A DNA stretch of 64,000 bases from Octopus vulgaris (taxonomy: Eukaryota), in the NCBI GenBank assembly GCA_951406725.2, contig OX597819.1:14694001-14758000 (forward strand), given 5' to 3'. Under the pieces are notes generated by a model that was not told the DNA's origin, did not search any database, and saw only the letters and a list, made by a program, of their open reading frames with translations. The translations under genes were made by a program, and so were the position numbers. Of the stretch, positions 1-13,745 are shown piece by piece (within the stretch, counting starts at the first letter, position 1; every line of letters starts with the position of its first letter).

Positions 1-107
1 ATGCATTTATATATGTATGTATATATATGCATATATATATATATATATATATCGATGCTCCAGCATGGCCGCAGTCTAATGATCAAAACAGCTAAAAGGA
101 TAAAAGA

Positions 108-195
<88 letters not shown>

Positions 196-209
196 AACTC
201 TTGCGCAGA

Positions 210-1018
<809 letters not shown>

Positions 1019-1221
1019 GGCTGTGGCCATGCTGGAGCACCACCACTGAAAAAACGCCACCCCAATTTGGTAGTGAAGCGACTAATCAATTACATCGACC
1101 GCTGTGGAACTTAATTTATCGACCCCGAAAGGGTGAAATGTATAGATGACGTCAGCGGAATTTGAGCTCAGAACGTAGCGACGGGCGAAATACGGCTAAG
1201 CATCTTGTCCGGCATTCTAAT

Positions 1222-1225
1222 ACTA

Positions 1226-1273
<48 letters not shown>

Positions 1274-1285
1274 GTGGTGGTGATA

Positions 1286-1330
<45 letters not shown>

Positions 1331-1369
1331 GTGGTAATAATGATGATGATGATGATGATGACGATGATG

Positions 1370-1445
<76 letters not shown>

Positions 1446-1461
1446 TAATAATAATAATAAT
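1222..1461. repeat. Compound (GAT)n/(AAT)n microsatellite
   Basis: Directly visible trinucleotide runs. Confidence 0.95.
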
Positions 1462-1542
1462 TCTTTCTTTACTGGCCACCTGAGCTGAACACAAAGCATG
1501 ACGACACACAGACAGTGAGGTTAAACGAATAATAATAATAAT

Positions 1543-1761
1543 CTTTTCTTTTCTACTTTAGACACAAAGGCCGATATTTTGGGGGTGGGGGCCAGTCGAT
1601 TAGATCTACCCCAGTACTCAACTGGTACTTAATTCATTGACCCCGCAAAGGTAAAAGGTAAAGTCGACCTCGACGGAATTTCAACTCAGAACATTCAAAG
1701 GGACCAAATGCCACTAAGCATTTCGTTCGGTGGGCTAACGATTCTGCCAGCTCGCCGCCTT
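1543..1761 (-). mobile_element. tRNA-derived SINE family S1, tail Y
   Basis: Reverse complement of head GGCGGCGAGCTGGCAGAA, B-box-like GAGTTNAAATTCC, body, and tail gcctttgtgtctaaagtagaaaag. Confidence 0.85.
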
Positions 1762-1776
1762 AATAAAGATAATGAT

Positions 1777-2140
1777 AACAAGAGCACTCAGAGAGCGCAA
1801 ACCTCCGGCAAGGCAATACCAACGTCCTCTAAACGATTAGCCAGGGATGAGCTTTAAAATTAAAATATCTGAAATAAACTCGAGTGCTCTCACAAACCAG
1901 AATACTAAAAATGAACCCGGCCGCTCTCAAAAGTTAAGTAAAAAAAAAAAAAAAAATCCAGAATTATTTCCTGGTACCGGATCCATCCCAGAATCTAATC
2001 AGTTCGTGCCAGTCACGAGGCCAAACATCCCTAAAAGTTTTATCGGAAGCTATCTAGTGGTTCTTGGGATAACTTGTCCACAGAGAAACAAACAAACCCA
2101 ACTGAAAACAATACCTCCGCCTTCACTAAGGCTGAGGTAA
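1777..2140. mobile_element. HINE/DINE-1-like (Helentron-associated) non-autonomous element
   Basis: Subterminal acctccg-caagg near one end and terminal hairpin acctccgcctt-cact-aaggctgaggt at the other, with a short (AAAC)n; second copy at 17010-17377. Confidence 0.6.
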
Positions 2141-2146
2141 TAATAA

Positions 2147-2345
2147 TGAAGATCGGTAGAAATGTCAAGATAGAACACTATCAAAAATCGTCATTGCTTG
2201 GAACTGTAAAATTTCTCGTCTGTGTTCATGGCCGCAGCTCTGAGCTGAAACTGAAAAAAATTAAATGTCACTTTGATCTTCTGGTTTTGGGCAGCCAGCA
2301 CTTTTCAATATACCTTCCAGTAAAATAGGCTGAGAGTTCTCATGA

Positions 2346-2346
<1 letters not shown>
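2147..2346 (+). mobile_element. 3' end of a Dong/R4-like LINE (different subfamily)
   Basis: Encodes QKSSLLGTVKFL, matching the QKxxLLGTxxIL C-terminal motif of the other REL LINEs here; followed by (TAA)n. Confidence 0.55.
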
Positions 2347-2426
<80 letters not shown>

Positions 2427-2427
<1 letters not shown>

Positions 2428-3081
2428 TGTGGAGATGAACAAGAAACAATAAATCATATTATCTCTAGCTGCCCAGTCCTGGCTAAGAAGATATATATTC
2501 ACAGACATGACAGAGTTGGAACCTACATACATTGGAAGCTATGCCAACATTATGGAATAACAACAGAAAAAAGATGGTATAGGCACACACCAGAAAAGGT
2601 CTCAGAAAACGAGAAAGCAACCATACTCTGGGATATGCCGATACACACAGATAGAGAAATTAAGGCCAACAGACCAGATATAGTTGTCAGAGATCATGAA
2701 GAAAAAAATGCTTTCTAATTGATGTATCAATACCGGCAGATGACAACGTGTCTCTAAAAGAAATGAAGAAACTCTCAAAATACAAAGACCTGGAAATAGA
2801 GGTAACTAGAATGTGGAACCTGAAAACAGAAACAATTCCTATCATAGTAGGTGCATTAGGCATGATAAAAAAATATTCAGACAAATACATAACAAAAACA
2901 CCAGGACTTACAAACACATATAACATACAGAAAATTGCACTACTAGGCACTGCACACATCCTACGCAGAACACTTTCCATACAATAACCATCAGAGCATC
3001 ACAACAAATCACAGCACATACCCAAGGCACACAGAGCTGCGCTCGGTAGTGAAGTGAAATCACGCTATAAAAATAAAACTA

Positions 3082-3085
<4 letters not shown>
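2427..3085 (+). mobile_element. 5'-truncated Dong/R4-clade non-LTR retrotransposon (zinc knuckle and REL endonuclease), frameshifted
   Basis: Translates CGDEQETINHIISSC, RHD, ILWD..RPDIVV..LID, KYKDLEIE and QKIALLGTAHILR; flanked on both sides by (TAA)n. Confidence 0.9.
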
Positions 3086-3144
<59 letters not shown>

Positions 3145-3160
3145 TAATAACAATAATAAA

Positions 3161-3717
3161 TGCCCTGATGCAGTACCAGGCAGTGGCTCTCATGGCTTCT
3201 GATCTTAACTGATTGGAAGTGTTATCATGTATATTGTTTCTGTCTTGGTATAAAAGATGGACTACAGCAAATATTCTGCTCAATACCGCAGATTTGCTTG
3301 TCAGTTGTTTGACCTTCACCAGTTGAGCATGTCCCTTAGTGGCTGACGATATGTGCATCTCTGATCATGAGCAGATGTAGTGGGGGAGCATCATAGCCAT
3401 GTGTTGAGAGGGATTCTTTGGGGTTTGAATAATTCACCTCTGGAAACATGGGTGTTTTGTTCAACATCCTTAAACAACCCTTATTCAGGGACCTTTTGAG
3501 CAGGATGGGCAATTCGACCTGAAGCAAATTCTAAGTGGGCCCCCACCTGCAAGGTCATGTGCTGTTTATCTTGACATTAGATCACCATGTCGCACACATA
3601 TGGTTGTGATGCATGTGCCTGGTGTACCCTTATCAGACAAGTAGTAATGATGGGTATACTGGGCTTCGTAAATTTTACCCCAGTGTCACTTTGATGGCAT
3701 GCACTGCTCTCTCGCTC
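3161..3717 (+). mobile_element. About 555-bp non-coding element embedded in (TAA)n (family T)
   Basis: Homologous segments at 28226-28326 (-), 54010-54151 and 59491-59925, each abutting TAA repeats. Confidence 0.75.
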
Positions 3718-3745
3718 AATAATAATAATAATAATAATAATAATG

Positions 3746-3788
<43 letters not shown>

Positions 3789-3810
3789 TGATGATGATGA
3801 TGATGATGAC

Positions 3811-3846
<36 letters not shown>

Positions 3847-3861
3847 AATGATAATAATTTA

Positions 3862-4325
3862 TTTTTATTTGTAACTGGGATATCAGATGAGGGGGACATA
3901 ACAAGGGACAGTTTTAGCGGGAGAAAAAAAGAGAGAGATAGGATAGATGAGACAAAAATTATATATAATATGGAAAATATGTGAATATGTGGTTGATAAG
4001 GTGTTCCTGATACAATATCACTGATGCAGTATCACTCAGAGTACTAGGGACACATGTAGTGGCCCAACTGTTGTCCTTCACTCAACTGGCGCATACATAG
4101 ATTCGGTCCATTCACCTTAATCATTTTAGCTACAGTAGTTCACCTTTTGGCACAAATTCGCTTGGGGTGAGTACTTCTCTCCCCAAACGTACTTACGTCT
4201 CCAAGAGGAACTTGAATAAAGTCGACGAGGGCTTCAGCGGTCAGCAAGGTTTCTGCCCTCAATCCTTTCAGTCTCTCCCAACAAACAACCTCCATCACCA
4301 TAACCACAGGACAGAAAAGCATCGT
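3862..4325 (-). mobile_element. Decayed 3' end of an L1/Tx1-like LINE
   Basis: Minus-strand peptides EVVCWERLKGL..ALVDF and VAKMIKVNG resemble Tx1-type ORF2 C-termini and the fragment at 40781; 3' end has AATAAA. Confidence 0.5.
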
Positions 4326-4335
4326 CAATAATGGT

Positions 4336-4720
4336 TGGAAGCACTCCGTCGGTTACGACGACGAGGGTTCCGGTTGATCCGAATCAACGGAACAGCCTAC
4401 TCATGAACTTAACGTGTAAGTGGCTGAGCACTCCACAGACACGTGCACCCTTAACGTAGTTCTCGGGGATATTCAGCGTGACACAGAGAGTGACAAGGCC
4501 GGCCCTTTGAAATACAGGTACAACAGAAACAGGAAGTAAGAGTGAGAGAAAGTTGTGGTGAAAGAGTACAACAGGGATCACCACCATCCCCTGCCGGAGC
4601 CTCGTGGAGCTTTAGGTGTTTTCGCTCAATAAACACTCACAACGCCCGGTCTGGGAATCGAAACCGCGATCCTATGATCGCGAGTCCGCTGCCCTAACCA
4701 CTGGGCCATTGCGCCTCCAC
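4336..4720 (-). mobile_element. tRNA(Arg)-like SINE family S3, tail A
   Basis: Head GTGGAGGCGCAATGGCCCAGTGGTTAGGGCAGCGGACTCGCG with A/B boxes; 12-bp TSD atcgtcaataat at 4321 and 4722; near-identical copy at 31253-31641. Confidence 0.9.
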
Positions 4721-4748
4721 GATCGTCAATAATATTGTGTTACACAGA

Positions 4749-5152
4749 AGGCGGCGAGCTGGCAGATACGTTGGCACGCCGGGCGAAATGCTTAGCGGTG
4801 TTTCGTCTGTCTTTGTGTTCTGAGTTCAAATTCCGCCAAAGTTGACACACTCCCTTTCATCCTTTTGGGGTCGATGAATTGAGTGCCACTTGCGTACTGG
4901 GGTCGATATAATCGACTTAATCCGTTTGTCTGTCCTTGTTCGTCCCCTCTGTGTTTAGCCCCTTGTGGGTAGTAAAGAAACAGGTATTTAGTCTGTCTTT
5001 ACTTTCTGAGTTCAAATTCCGGTGAAGTCGACTTTGCCTTTCATCCTTTCGATGTCGATAAATTAAGTACCAGTTGTGTACTGGGGTGGATCTAATCGAC
5101 TGGCAACCGCTCCCCCAAAATTTCGGGCCTTGTGCTTAGAGTAGAAAAGAAT
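4749..5152 (+). mobile_element. SINE S1 dimer (head, tail X, headless unit, tail Y)
   Basis: Two bodies joined at aaagaaaca|ggtattt. Confidence 0.85.
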
Positions 5153-5743
5153 ATTGTGTTACACACACACACACGCACACAAACACACGGGTTTAATTAG
5201 TCTGAAGAATGACAAAAATTTACACCCCAGTTTTTCTATCGTTACCATTATGGTGTCTCTTTCTCAGACGAGGGGGATCTCGTGTCTCTTTTACCCCCAA
5301 CTCCCTCTCGCCCCTTGCCCCTTTTTCGGCCCCCTCCACATCTTGTCCTTCACCGTCACCCGCCAGGGCATGCATTAACTTTTTCATCTAACACCTTTCT
5401 CACCACAAAATTTATCCCCTTGAATCTCCCTTTCCCCCGCCACCTGATATCGGTCGATAACGACACCAGTATCGGAAGCGGAGTGGAGCGGAGGGGCCTT
5501 GGAAGGCGAGGGACACAGATCCTTCCTTCAGATCGAACCAATGAAAATATTACAAAAAACGTCTTAATATTTTATGCTTCGATGATAATCTGTATTGATT
5601 GGAAGTGTGTCTACATAAATATACAATTTATGGATAGAGAACGTGTATATGCAAGTGTTACATAAATATATACATCGTTTATTTATGCATAGGTGCAAAT
5701 AGATGTGTGTATACACACAAACACATATGCGTCTATCTATCTG

Positions 5744-5814
<71 letters not shown>

Positions 5815-5829
5815 GTCTCTAATTAATAT

Positions 5830-5900
<71 letters not shown>

Positions 5901-6456
5901 ATATATATATATATATTGTGTGTGTGTGTGTGTGTAAACGCACAAATACATAAACACATACAAACACACACAACTTTAGTTCATAATCTACAAATTATGC
6001 ACCATATGCGTGGGTGAATGTGGGTGGATGTGGGTAGATGTGAGTGTGTGTGTATGTGTTATATGTAGCTACATGTAATTGCTCAAGCGTGCATTCAAAA
6101 CTGCTAAACTGTCAACTATTCGCTTCAATGATTTCCAATTAACAACTTCACAAGTTCTTTGATTAACCAATAACAAACTCTCTACAGATCGATATCTTTA
6201 CAGACTCCTTCATTCGATTCCCCTATATTTAATCACTTTTCTTCTTTTTTTTTTGTTGTTGTTTTCCACTTCTCAGTAACCAGCGTAGGCGTACATAGAA
6301 AGTATCAAGCGTTTTTCCATGTTTTAACCAAATCTCAATATTGCTTTTTAATGTCGGGGGATTGGTAGAGCAACGAACAAAACTGCTTTAGTGTAATCAG
6401 TTACGCTCTTGACGTTCTTGAGTTCAAATCCCACCGACCGATACTGTGATTTCACA

Positions 6457-6848
6457 CGGCAGAAACATCAGCACGCCGGGCGAAACGCTTGATTTCGTTG
6501 CCGTTACGTTCTGGCAAAGAGGTCGACTTTGTCTTTCATCCTTTCGGGGTCGATTAAATAAGTACCAGTTACGCCTGGGGTCGATGTAATCGACTTAGCT
6601 GGTATTTCGTTTCTGCCGTTACGTTCTGAGTTCAAATTCCACCGAGGTCGACTTTGTCTTTCGGGGTCGATTAAATAAGTACCAGTTACGCACTGGGGTT
6701 GATATAATCGACTTAATCCGTTTGTCTGTCCTTGTTTGTCCTCTTTGTGTTTAGCCCCTTGTGGGTAGTAAAGAAATAGGTATTTCGTCTGCCGCTACGT
6801 TCTGAGTTCAAATTCTGCCGAAGTCGACTTTGCCTTTCATCCTTTCGG
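6457..6848 (+). mobile_element. SINE S1 multimer
   Basis: Three partial bodies; junction aaagaaata|ggtatttcgtc near 6779. Confidence 0.8.
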
Positions 6849-6913
6849 TAGAAAAAAATATATATGTATAGTTTGTTGCTAGATATAGCGAGTCTGATCG
6901 GGTTTTCTCGGTT

Positions 6914-6978
6914 CTGCTCGACTTTATTGGGATCTGCTCGACTTTATTGGGATCTGTTCGACTTTATTCGGGTCTGCT
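6914..6978. repeat. 20-bp minisatellite, about 3 units
   Basis: ctgctcgactttattgggat repeated in tandem with a few mismatches. Confidence 0.85.
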
Positions 6979-7961
6979 ATATACATCAGATCGAACTTTT
7001 ACTCACTCAACGCGCTGTCTCTCATTCTCTCTTCCTTTTGCTTGCACTTTATCTAGAAAGCATCTGAAACGTTGGAATAACTTCCACAACATCACGTAGT
7101 ATCTTTGACAACTTGTAATGGAACTTGTAATTGCCAACTTTGTCACAGTGAGGAACTACACATACTCCTCCGCCAAGAAATGCCTGTTGTTGTTGCCTCC
7201 AAAGTAATCCACTGGTTACTGATAACTCGGCTCTACCACCTTGGGCCGCGCCGGCTCACGTGCAACGGCATTCCAGTGCAAGTTCCAGGACCTCCACTAT
7301 CGGTTGCCATCTTTTTCTTTATTATGCTTTTAAAGGTTACTGGGTTGCTACATTTAGCAGGTCACTCAACCACTTCGAGACATCTTCGTTGGCTCAGATC
7401 GATATTGATAATTAACTTCAAATGTGGGGGAAGAGGTTAGTCGATATATTGATGTATTGATACATCAATAAATTGATTTCGGTGCTTGACACATATTAAC
7501 TTCATCGGAATCAGGGGTTATTGTTGTTGTTGCTTTAAAGTACTTTGGTCTTCATCGAGCAGGCTTATGTGCAAAGGCATTCCAACTATGACCATCTTGT
7601 ACTAGGCTGAACTATGTAATATGTCTACCCAACAATTTGACTGGTAGGAGTTTTGATTGCTATTTCTAGCAGTTCAAATGACCACGTAGTGACTCCTTCA
7701 TTCGCTGAGACGATTCAAAGGTTAAATGAAAAAGGAATTTTAAGGGACTTCAGTGGAGAAAATTAGGGTTAATAATTCTGGATAACTGTTGTTGCTACCA
7801 ACCTATTCTCAAACCCTGACCGTCGCGTTTTTCTTCAAAGGTCGTGTATCTAATGATTCCTTCTATTTCTGTATCATTAATTAAATATATTTTGTTAGAC
7901 TATTATACACTGAATTTATAATGAATGCTTTTTGTATAAAATGTCAAAAATATTAACATTA

Positions 7962-8329
7962 CTAGCAGTATAACCCGGCTTTGCCCGGGGTTAAGTTAGG
8001 GTTATTAAGCTAATCAAGTTCTTTATTTCAAACCAAACCAAGTAACATCTACGTCAAATTTGGGCGAAATTGGTTTATATATATGGTTTATATATATATA
8101 TATATATCAGTCGCATTGATAGATCGGTAGCCACTACACATATTTTTCTCTCTCCTTTTTTCTCTCCTTTTTTTTCTCTCCTTGTTTTTTTTTTTCTGTG
8201 TCCCTTTCTGTAGAAGAGCGTAGGCTCGAAACGTAAAAGACTTTTTCTATTCCTGAGCGTTATACTAATACATCTGTTTGTTTTATACACCACCTGTCTT
8301 CGTCTTTTGATTTTTTTCGTAAACTCTCC

Positions 8330-8383
<54 letters not shown>

Positions 8384-8459
8384 ATTTGGGCACACACACA
8401 CACACACACACGTACGTACGCACACCTATTGCATACAGTTTTTTGTACGCATATATGTT

Positions 8460-8533
<74 letters not shown>

Positions 8534-8872
8534 GCCCGTATATCAACAAATCACTATTTTCCTCGATGGAAAAAAAACAACAAAAGTCTTAAAAACTAAC
8601 TCGTCGCTAGAAGGGGATTTAACTCCTGTTTGCAAAGAATAGTGATTTCTCCGACTTGAAAATTGTTAAAAGATTTGGTCGAAAATTTATTTTTACTGCT
8701 ATCCGCTGGTGCCTCTGGAAAAAATATGTTAACAAAAATACAGTTAGAGTCATAACGAATGTCTTCCTAAAACTGGAGTGACATACGTGCTAATTTGTGG
8801 ACGTGCATAAATTACATTCACGTACAAACACACACACAAACACACACATATCCTGCCTCTTATATATGGAGA
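7962..8872 (-). mobile_element. Non-autonomous Helitron interrupted by a hammerhead family B element and microsatellites
   Basis: Plus strand a|ctagcagtataacccggctttgcccggg (3' hairpin plus CTAG on minus); probable TC end at 8871-8872. Confidence 0.55.
8110..8330 (+). mobile_element. Short Penelope-like terminal element, family B, with hammerhead-like motif
   Basis: ccttt-CTGTAGA-a-gagc-gtag-gctc-GAAAC-GTA-aaaga at 8203-8240; flanked by (TA)n; homologues at 13025, 26483, 32150 and 59072. Confidence 0.7.
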
Positions 8873-9433
8873 TAAAGTATTTAGACATTAATACGAGCGA
8901 TTATATACACTGCAGTTTGAAATAATAGCATGAAATTCAATATAAAAAAAATCCTCACGAAGATATATATGTCTAAAATAGCATTCTATTTAAAATATAT
9001 ATTAATATATGAAATATGACAGTTTAAAAATTTGTTAATTAATGCATCTTACGATCGTTTCACGGAAGTATTGTCATTATAATGGAATCCATTGTTGATA
9101 CACATCGATAGACAATACTTCGGCTCGTCAGAGATGGAGAAGATTAATTTTTTATAATATATCGAATGTTGTTTTAAAATTAGAAAGACAGCAAAGTGTG
9201 TAACTTGAGGGAAGTGTGTCTACTATTTTTAGCAGACCCAACAATCATGTAATGCGGTGGTTTCTAGTCAAGGTGTCAAGATACCCGTGACTAGTGTTTT
9301 CCAAACTCTGTGTTGTGCCACATTAGTGTGCCGCCGATAATCTCATGGTGCGTCGTAAGATTCACTCAAATCTCATTTTAATGAAATATTTGGGCAACGA
9401 AACATATCTAAGGTTTAACCATTTTATCTACAA

Positions 9434-9673
9434 CTAGCAGTATCGCCCGGCGTTGCTCGGGTTTGTAAGGGAAATAACTATATAAGCATTTTTAGAGATG
9501 TAAAGTATAATAGCCATCTTAATATGGCTAACCACAAAGGGGGGTGTTACTGTAGTTTTTTACGTTCTGAGATTTAATAAATTTTTAGAGAGTTACTTCC
9601 CTTATATATGCCAAGTAGTTAGGAATCTAAATCGTAGGAGACAGGCACACAACTTTACTTTTATATATAAAGA
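9434..9673 (-). mobile_element. Internally deleted non-autonomous Helitron
   Basis: Shares both ends (TC start; cccgagcaacgccggg hairpin and CTAG end) with 45460-45851. Confidence 0.8.
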
Positions 9674-10292
9674 TTAGACACGTGACTGCTGACACGTGAT
9701 AACGTATCTAAGTGATAATAAAAGTTAATGTCACGCAAAATTTCACTTTTGAAACATGTATGGCCAATGTGAAAAGTTTGCGAAGCTCGGTCTACCACGA
9801 GGCGTCCAATATGGTAAAGAGTGCGGCAAGATTGCATATGGGGTATCTATTTTCTCAATTCGGGTATAAGGAGTATGTTTCAGAAGAAAATTGGCAGACG
9901 AGAAACATTGGAAGTCACTGGGGGAAAATAGAAACCATCGTGTGTCCTGGTTTTGTGCGGCTGAATGTGAAAGAGAGGAGGACAAAAGCCTGGGACAGGT
10001 GTAAACTATCATCTAGGAAAATAATTCGGTGATGAAATGAATGGCTCATGTGAAAATTTTTTAATTGATTGAAAGAGGGAAGATAATTTCGTAAAGAAGA
10101 GAATTAAGTTTAAAAGATTTTTGTGTTCAGAAGGAAAATCTAAATTCTTTTAAAGCCATGGCACTGGCCCATTTGAATTATTTCCCTTGGTTCATATATG
10201 TATATATATATATATATATATATTTTATTATACTTTTTTTGCAATCGAGAATAACACCTGCTTCATATTCATCAAAATATATGGTAACGCCG

Positions 10293-10310
10293 CTACTGCT
10301 GCCACCACCG

Positions 10311-10374
<64 letters not shown>

Positions 10375-10375
10375 A

Positions 10376-10445
<70 letters not shown>

Positions 10446-10510
10446 TTAATAATAATGATAATAATAATAATAATAATAACAATAATAACAATAATAACAA
10501 TAATAATAAC

Positions 10511-10566
<56 letters not shown>

Positions 10567-10585
10567 CAATAACAATAATAATAAT
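10293..10585. repeat. (CTA)n/(AAT)n compound microsatellite
   Basis: Directly visible. Confidence 0.95.
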
Positions 10586-10699
10586 ACAGTCGAAAGACGC
10601 AATTTTTAGGGAGCAGCGCTTATTTATTGATTTGTATCGGAATTGGCGAACAATTGCTTCGTGCTTACAGACTTCCAACGGTTTGATAACTTCGTTGGA

Positions 10700-10960
10700 A
10701 TATTTCTGACGGCGACAGAAAGAAACCGTTAATTTCGCTCCCAGTATTGTCCTGTCCACGAGGTGATGGCCTTGTCCTCACTGCTATCATTCTCAATTCA
10801 CAACTTGACCTATTTCACCAGAGCCACCGGATATAGAAAACTACTTGTAGTTCTCTACGAAAGGAGGCCAGTTGGGCGATCTTGACGACAGACAAGGCTG
10901 ACAGCCAGATCCGTGTTACATGCGACAACAGCTGTTGGTCGGTAGCGGCACGTGTCTCAC
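10700..10960 (-). mobile_element. Highly decayed L1/Tx1-like ORF2 fragment
   Basis: Peptide QQLLSHVTRIWLSALSVVKIAQLASFRRELQVVF resembles, from recall, the Tx1-type segment just upstream of the 3862-4325 fragment. Confidence 0.35.
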
Positions 10961-11728
10961 GTGGTAACCCGCACACTCCGGGCTTGAATGCTGATAGCCA
11001 CAACTCTCGTGTCTTGTCTTGCAAACTCAGCCTGCAGAAACAATGAGAATAATATATGTCAGTGTTGTCCACCAGTGGAGCAGAGAGTGATTTACATGAC
11101 AATTTTGATGAGTGAATAACAAGCTTTGACGCCAGCCAAGCCTTGGCCGCCTCAACTCCTTCTCTCAGGGCAAAGTTACTTAGTCCAAACCGGTTTTACA
11201 CACAAACACACAGACACGCACACGCACGCACACAAGCCGATGTATGTGTGTCTATGTGTGTATGCACATGTATGCCTGTATATTGTATATGTGCGTGCGT
11301 GTATATGTAAGTAATGTATGCGTGTTGTATGTGCGTATTTATGCATGTAAGTATGTGTGTACTAATGGTGGGGTTTCTAAGGGAAACTTAAGGACTAAAT
11401 GACATTATGTTGTCTCGTCTAGGTTACATTCACTGGCCTCTAGAATGCAAAGGTCCTTATTCTGTGTATATATGTAAATATACACCAGCACAAAGGACCC
11501 GCCTCTCCCTCCAAACGAAATGCGCGTGTGTATGCGTGATGTGTGTGTATGTCATATACATATGTGTGTATATATATATATAATGTACGCGTATGTATAT
11601 ATGTCTTTGTACCTGTATGCAGGTATTATATGTGTGTGTGTATACTAATATATACGGATAACAACAGGTAATCGGTGCTTTACTCATCATCCAATTATAC
11701 ATTTTGTACAAGTCCTCCATATATATCT

Positions 11729-11960
11729 TCAGTAATTTTTTTTGTTGCTAGTTTCTTTTGTCTCTTGTCTTCTCTCCTGGAGCTGTATGAACATTTAATG
11801 TGGTTTTAGAGTCAAGTTTTGGCTGCTATTTCTAATGTGGCGGTATCTCTTAGATACCATAAATTATAATTTTAATAATAATAATTACCTTTGAAGGTTT
11901 TTATTCCCATGCTGGTCACTTGATAAGATCGGTATTTAAATAACGTTCTTATCCTTATTC
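11729..11960 (+). mobile_element. Family D short element (Penelope-like 3' terminus)
   Basis: Colinear with the reverse complement of 32757-32983 (acatttaa.gtggtt..agagtc..ttttg.ctgctatttc..cccatgctgg.cacttgataa..tatcctt); ends in (TA)n. Confidence 0.7.
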
Positions 11961-12071
11961 TATATATATATATATATATATATAAATGTATATATTAGCG
12001 GTGCTCCAGCATGCGCAGTCAAATGACTGAAACAAGTAAAAGTAAAAGAGTCAATAAATAATATATACATA

Positions 12072-12102
<31 letters not shown>

Positions 12103-12114
12103 ATATATATATAG

Positions 12115-12318
12115 TGACCGCGAGTGTACCGTTTTTACCTCCGTCTTCCCTTCATTGGATCTTTCCTTTTCCTATGTTTCTGACGAAGAGCTCCGCTCGA
12201 AACGTTAAATCCTCCTTCTTTCTTTCTTTTCCTGACCGTCCAATAACACTATACTTGTTCCACGTCCTCGCGTTGTTGTGTTTTCTCTTTGTGTTTTCAT
12301 GTTTGGATTAACTTTATA
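12115..12318 (+). mobile_element. Family A short element with minimal hammerhead ribozyme
   Basis: gttt-CTGACGA-a-gagc-tcc-gctc-GAAAC-GTT-aaat at 12176-12210; homologues at 25392 and 52243; TA-rich flanks. Confidence 0.75.
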
Positions 12319-12360
12319 TTTATATGTTCATAGTGCACATATTTGTTTATCTGCATAATT

Positions 12361-12391
<31 letters not shown>

Positions 12392-12545
12392 CACATGGCT
12401 TCGGGATCCAATCCCACTGCTCCACATTTCGGCCAAGTGTTCTCTCTGTGTCGACCATCTGTGTGGAAGCCAGATGTGTACATATGCGTGCTGGTGTGTA
12501 TATGTGCATATACGTGTGTGTGTGTATGTGTGCGCGGGTATGTGC

Positions 12546-12603
<58 letters not shown>

Positions 12604-12604
12604 C

Positions 12605-13013
12605 AACGTTTAACGTCCGCTTTCCATGCTAGCATGGGTTGAGCGATTTGACTGAGGTCTGGCGAACTCGATGGCTGCACCAGGCTCAATCTGATCTGGC
12701 AAAGTTTCAACAGCTCGATGCACTTCCTAATGCCAACCACTCCGAGAGTGTAGTGGGTACTTTTACGTGGCACCGGCACGAGGGCCAATGAAGCAGCACT
12801 GGCAACGGTCATGCCTAAATGGTGCTTTTTATGTCCCACCAGCACAGGAGCCAGTCCAGCGGCACTGGCAACGACCTCGCTCGAATGTTTTTTTCACGTG
12901 CCACCAGCAGAAGTGCCAGTAAGGTGACGCAGGTAACGATTACGCTCGAATGGTGCTTTTTACGTGCCACCGGCACGGAAGCCAGTTAGCTGCTCTGGCA
13001 ACGATCACACTCG
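12605..13013 (-). mobile_element. RTE-type-tailed element with internal tandem units of about 60-65 bp
   Basis: gatgcacttcctaatgccaacc resembles RTE-type 3' ends; about four units of ggtgctttttacgtgccaccggcacg..ggcaacgat-acgctcgaat. Confidence 0.55.
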
Positions 13014-13024
13014 ATATATATATA

Positions 13025-13149
13025 TAGGGAAAGTTCACGAAAAAAAAAACAAGAGACGAAGACAGGTGGTGTATAAAACAAAGAGATGTATTAGTATAAC
13101 GCTCAAGAATAGAAAAAGTATTTTACGTTTCGAGCCTACGCTCTTCTAC
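13025..13149 (-). mobile_element. Family B element truncated inside the hammerhead core
   Basis: ttttacgtttcgagcctacgctcttctac, then an abrupt junction to unrelated sequence. Confidence 0.7.
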
Positions 13150-13176
13150 GTTAGAATGTAGATCAGCTAGTGAATA

Positions 13177-13745
13177 TTCTTTTCTACTCTAAGCACAAGA
13201 CCCGAAATTTTGGGGGAGGAGCTCAGTCGATTAGATCGACCCCAGTACATGGCTGGTATTTAATTTATCAACCCCGAAAGGATGAAAGGTAATGTCGGCC
13301 TCTGCAGAATTTGAACACAGAACGTAAAGACAGTCGGAAAACCTATTTCTTTACTACCCACAAGGGGCTAAACACAGAAGGGACAAACGGATTCAGTCGA
13401 TTATATCGACCCCAGTGTGTAACTGGTACTTATTTAATCGACCCCGAAAGGATGAAAAGTAATGTCGACCTCGGCGGAATTTGAACTCAGAACGTAGCGG
13501 CAGACGAAATACCTATTTCTTTATTACCCACAAGGGGCTAAACATAGGGGGGACAAACAAGGACAGACATAGGTATTAAGTCGATTACATCGACCCCAGT
13601 GCGTAACTGGTGCTTAATTTATCGACCCCGAAAGGATGAAAGGCAAAGTCAACCTCGGTGGAATTTGAACTCACAACGTAACGGCAGACGAAATACCGCT
13701 AAGCATATCGCCCGGCGTGCTAACGTTTCTACCAGCTGGTCGCCA
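13177..13745 (-). mobile_element. SINE S1 trimer (head, X, X, Y)
   Basis: Three bodies with fixed junction; degenerate TSD cagctagtgaatatt / cagatggtgaacatt. Confidence 0.85.

Noticed and set aside
9291-9360. Possible hAT terminus
   Set aside because: Only a loose resemblance; no second TIR or 8-bp TSD found.
9712-10032. 106-aa ORF in non-repetitive sequence
   Set aside because: No recognisable motif or splice signals, and a non-ATG start.
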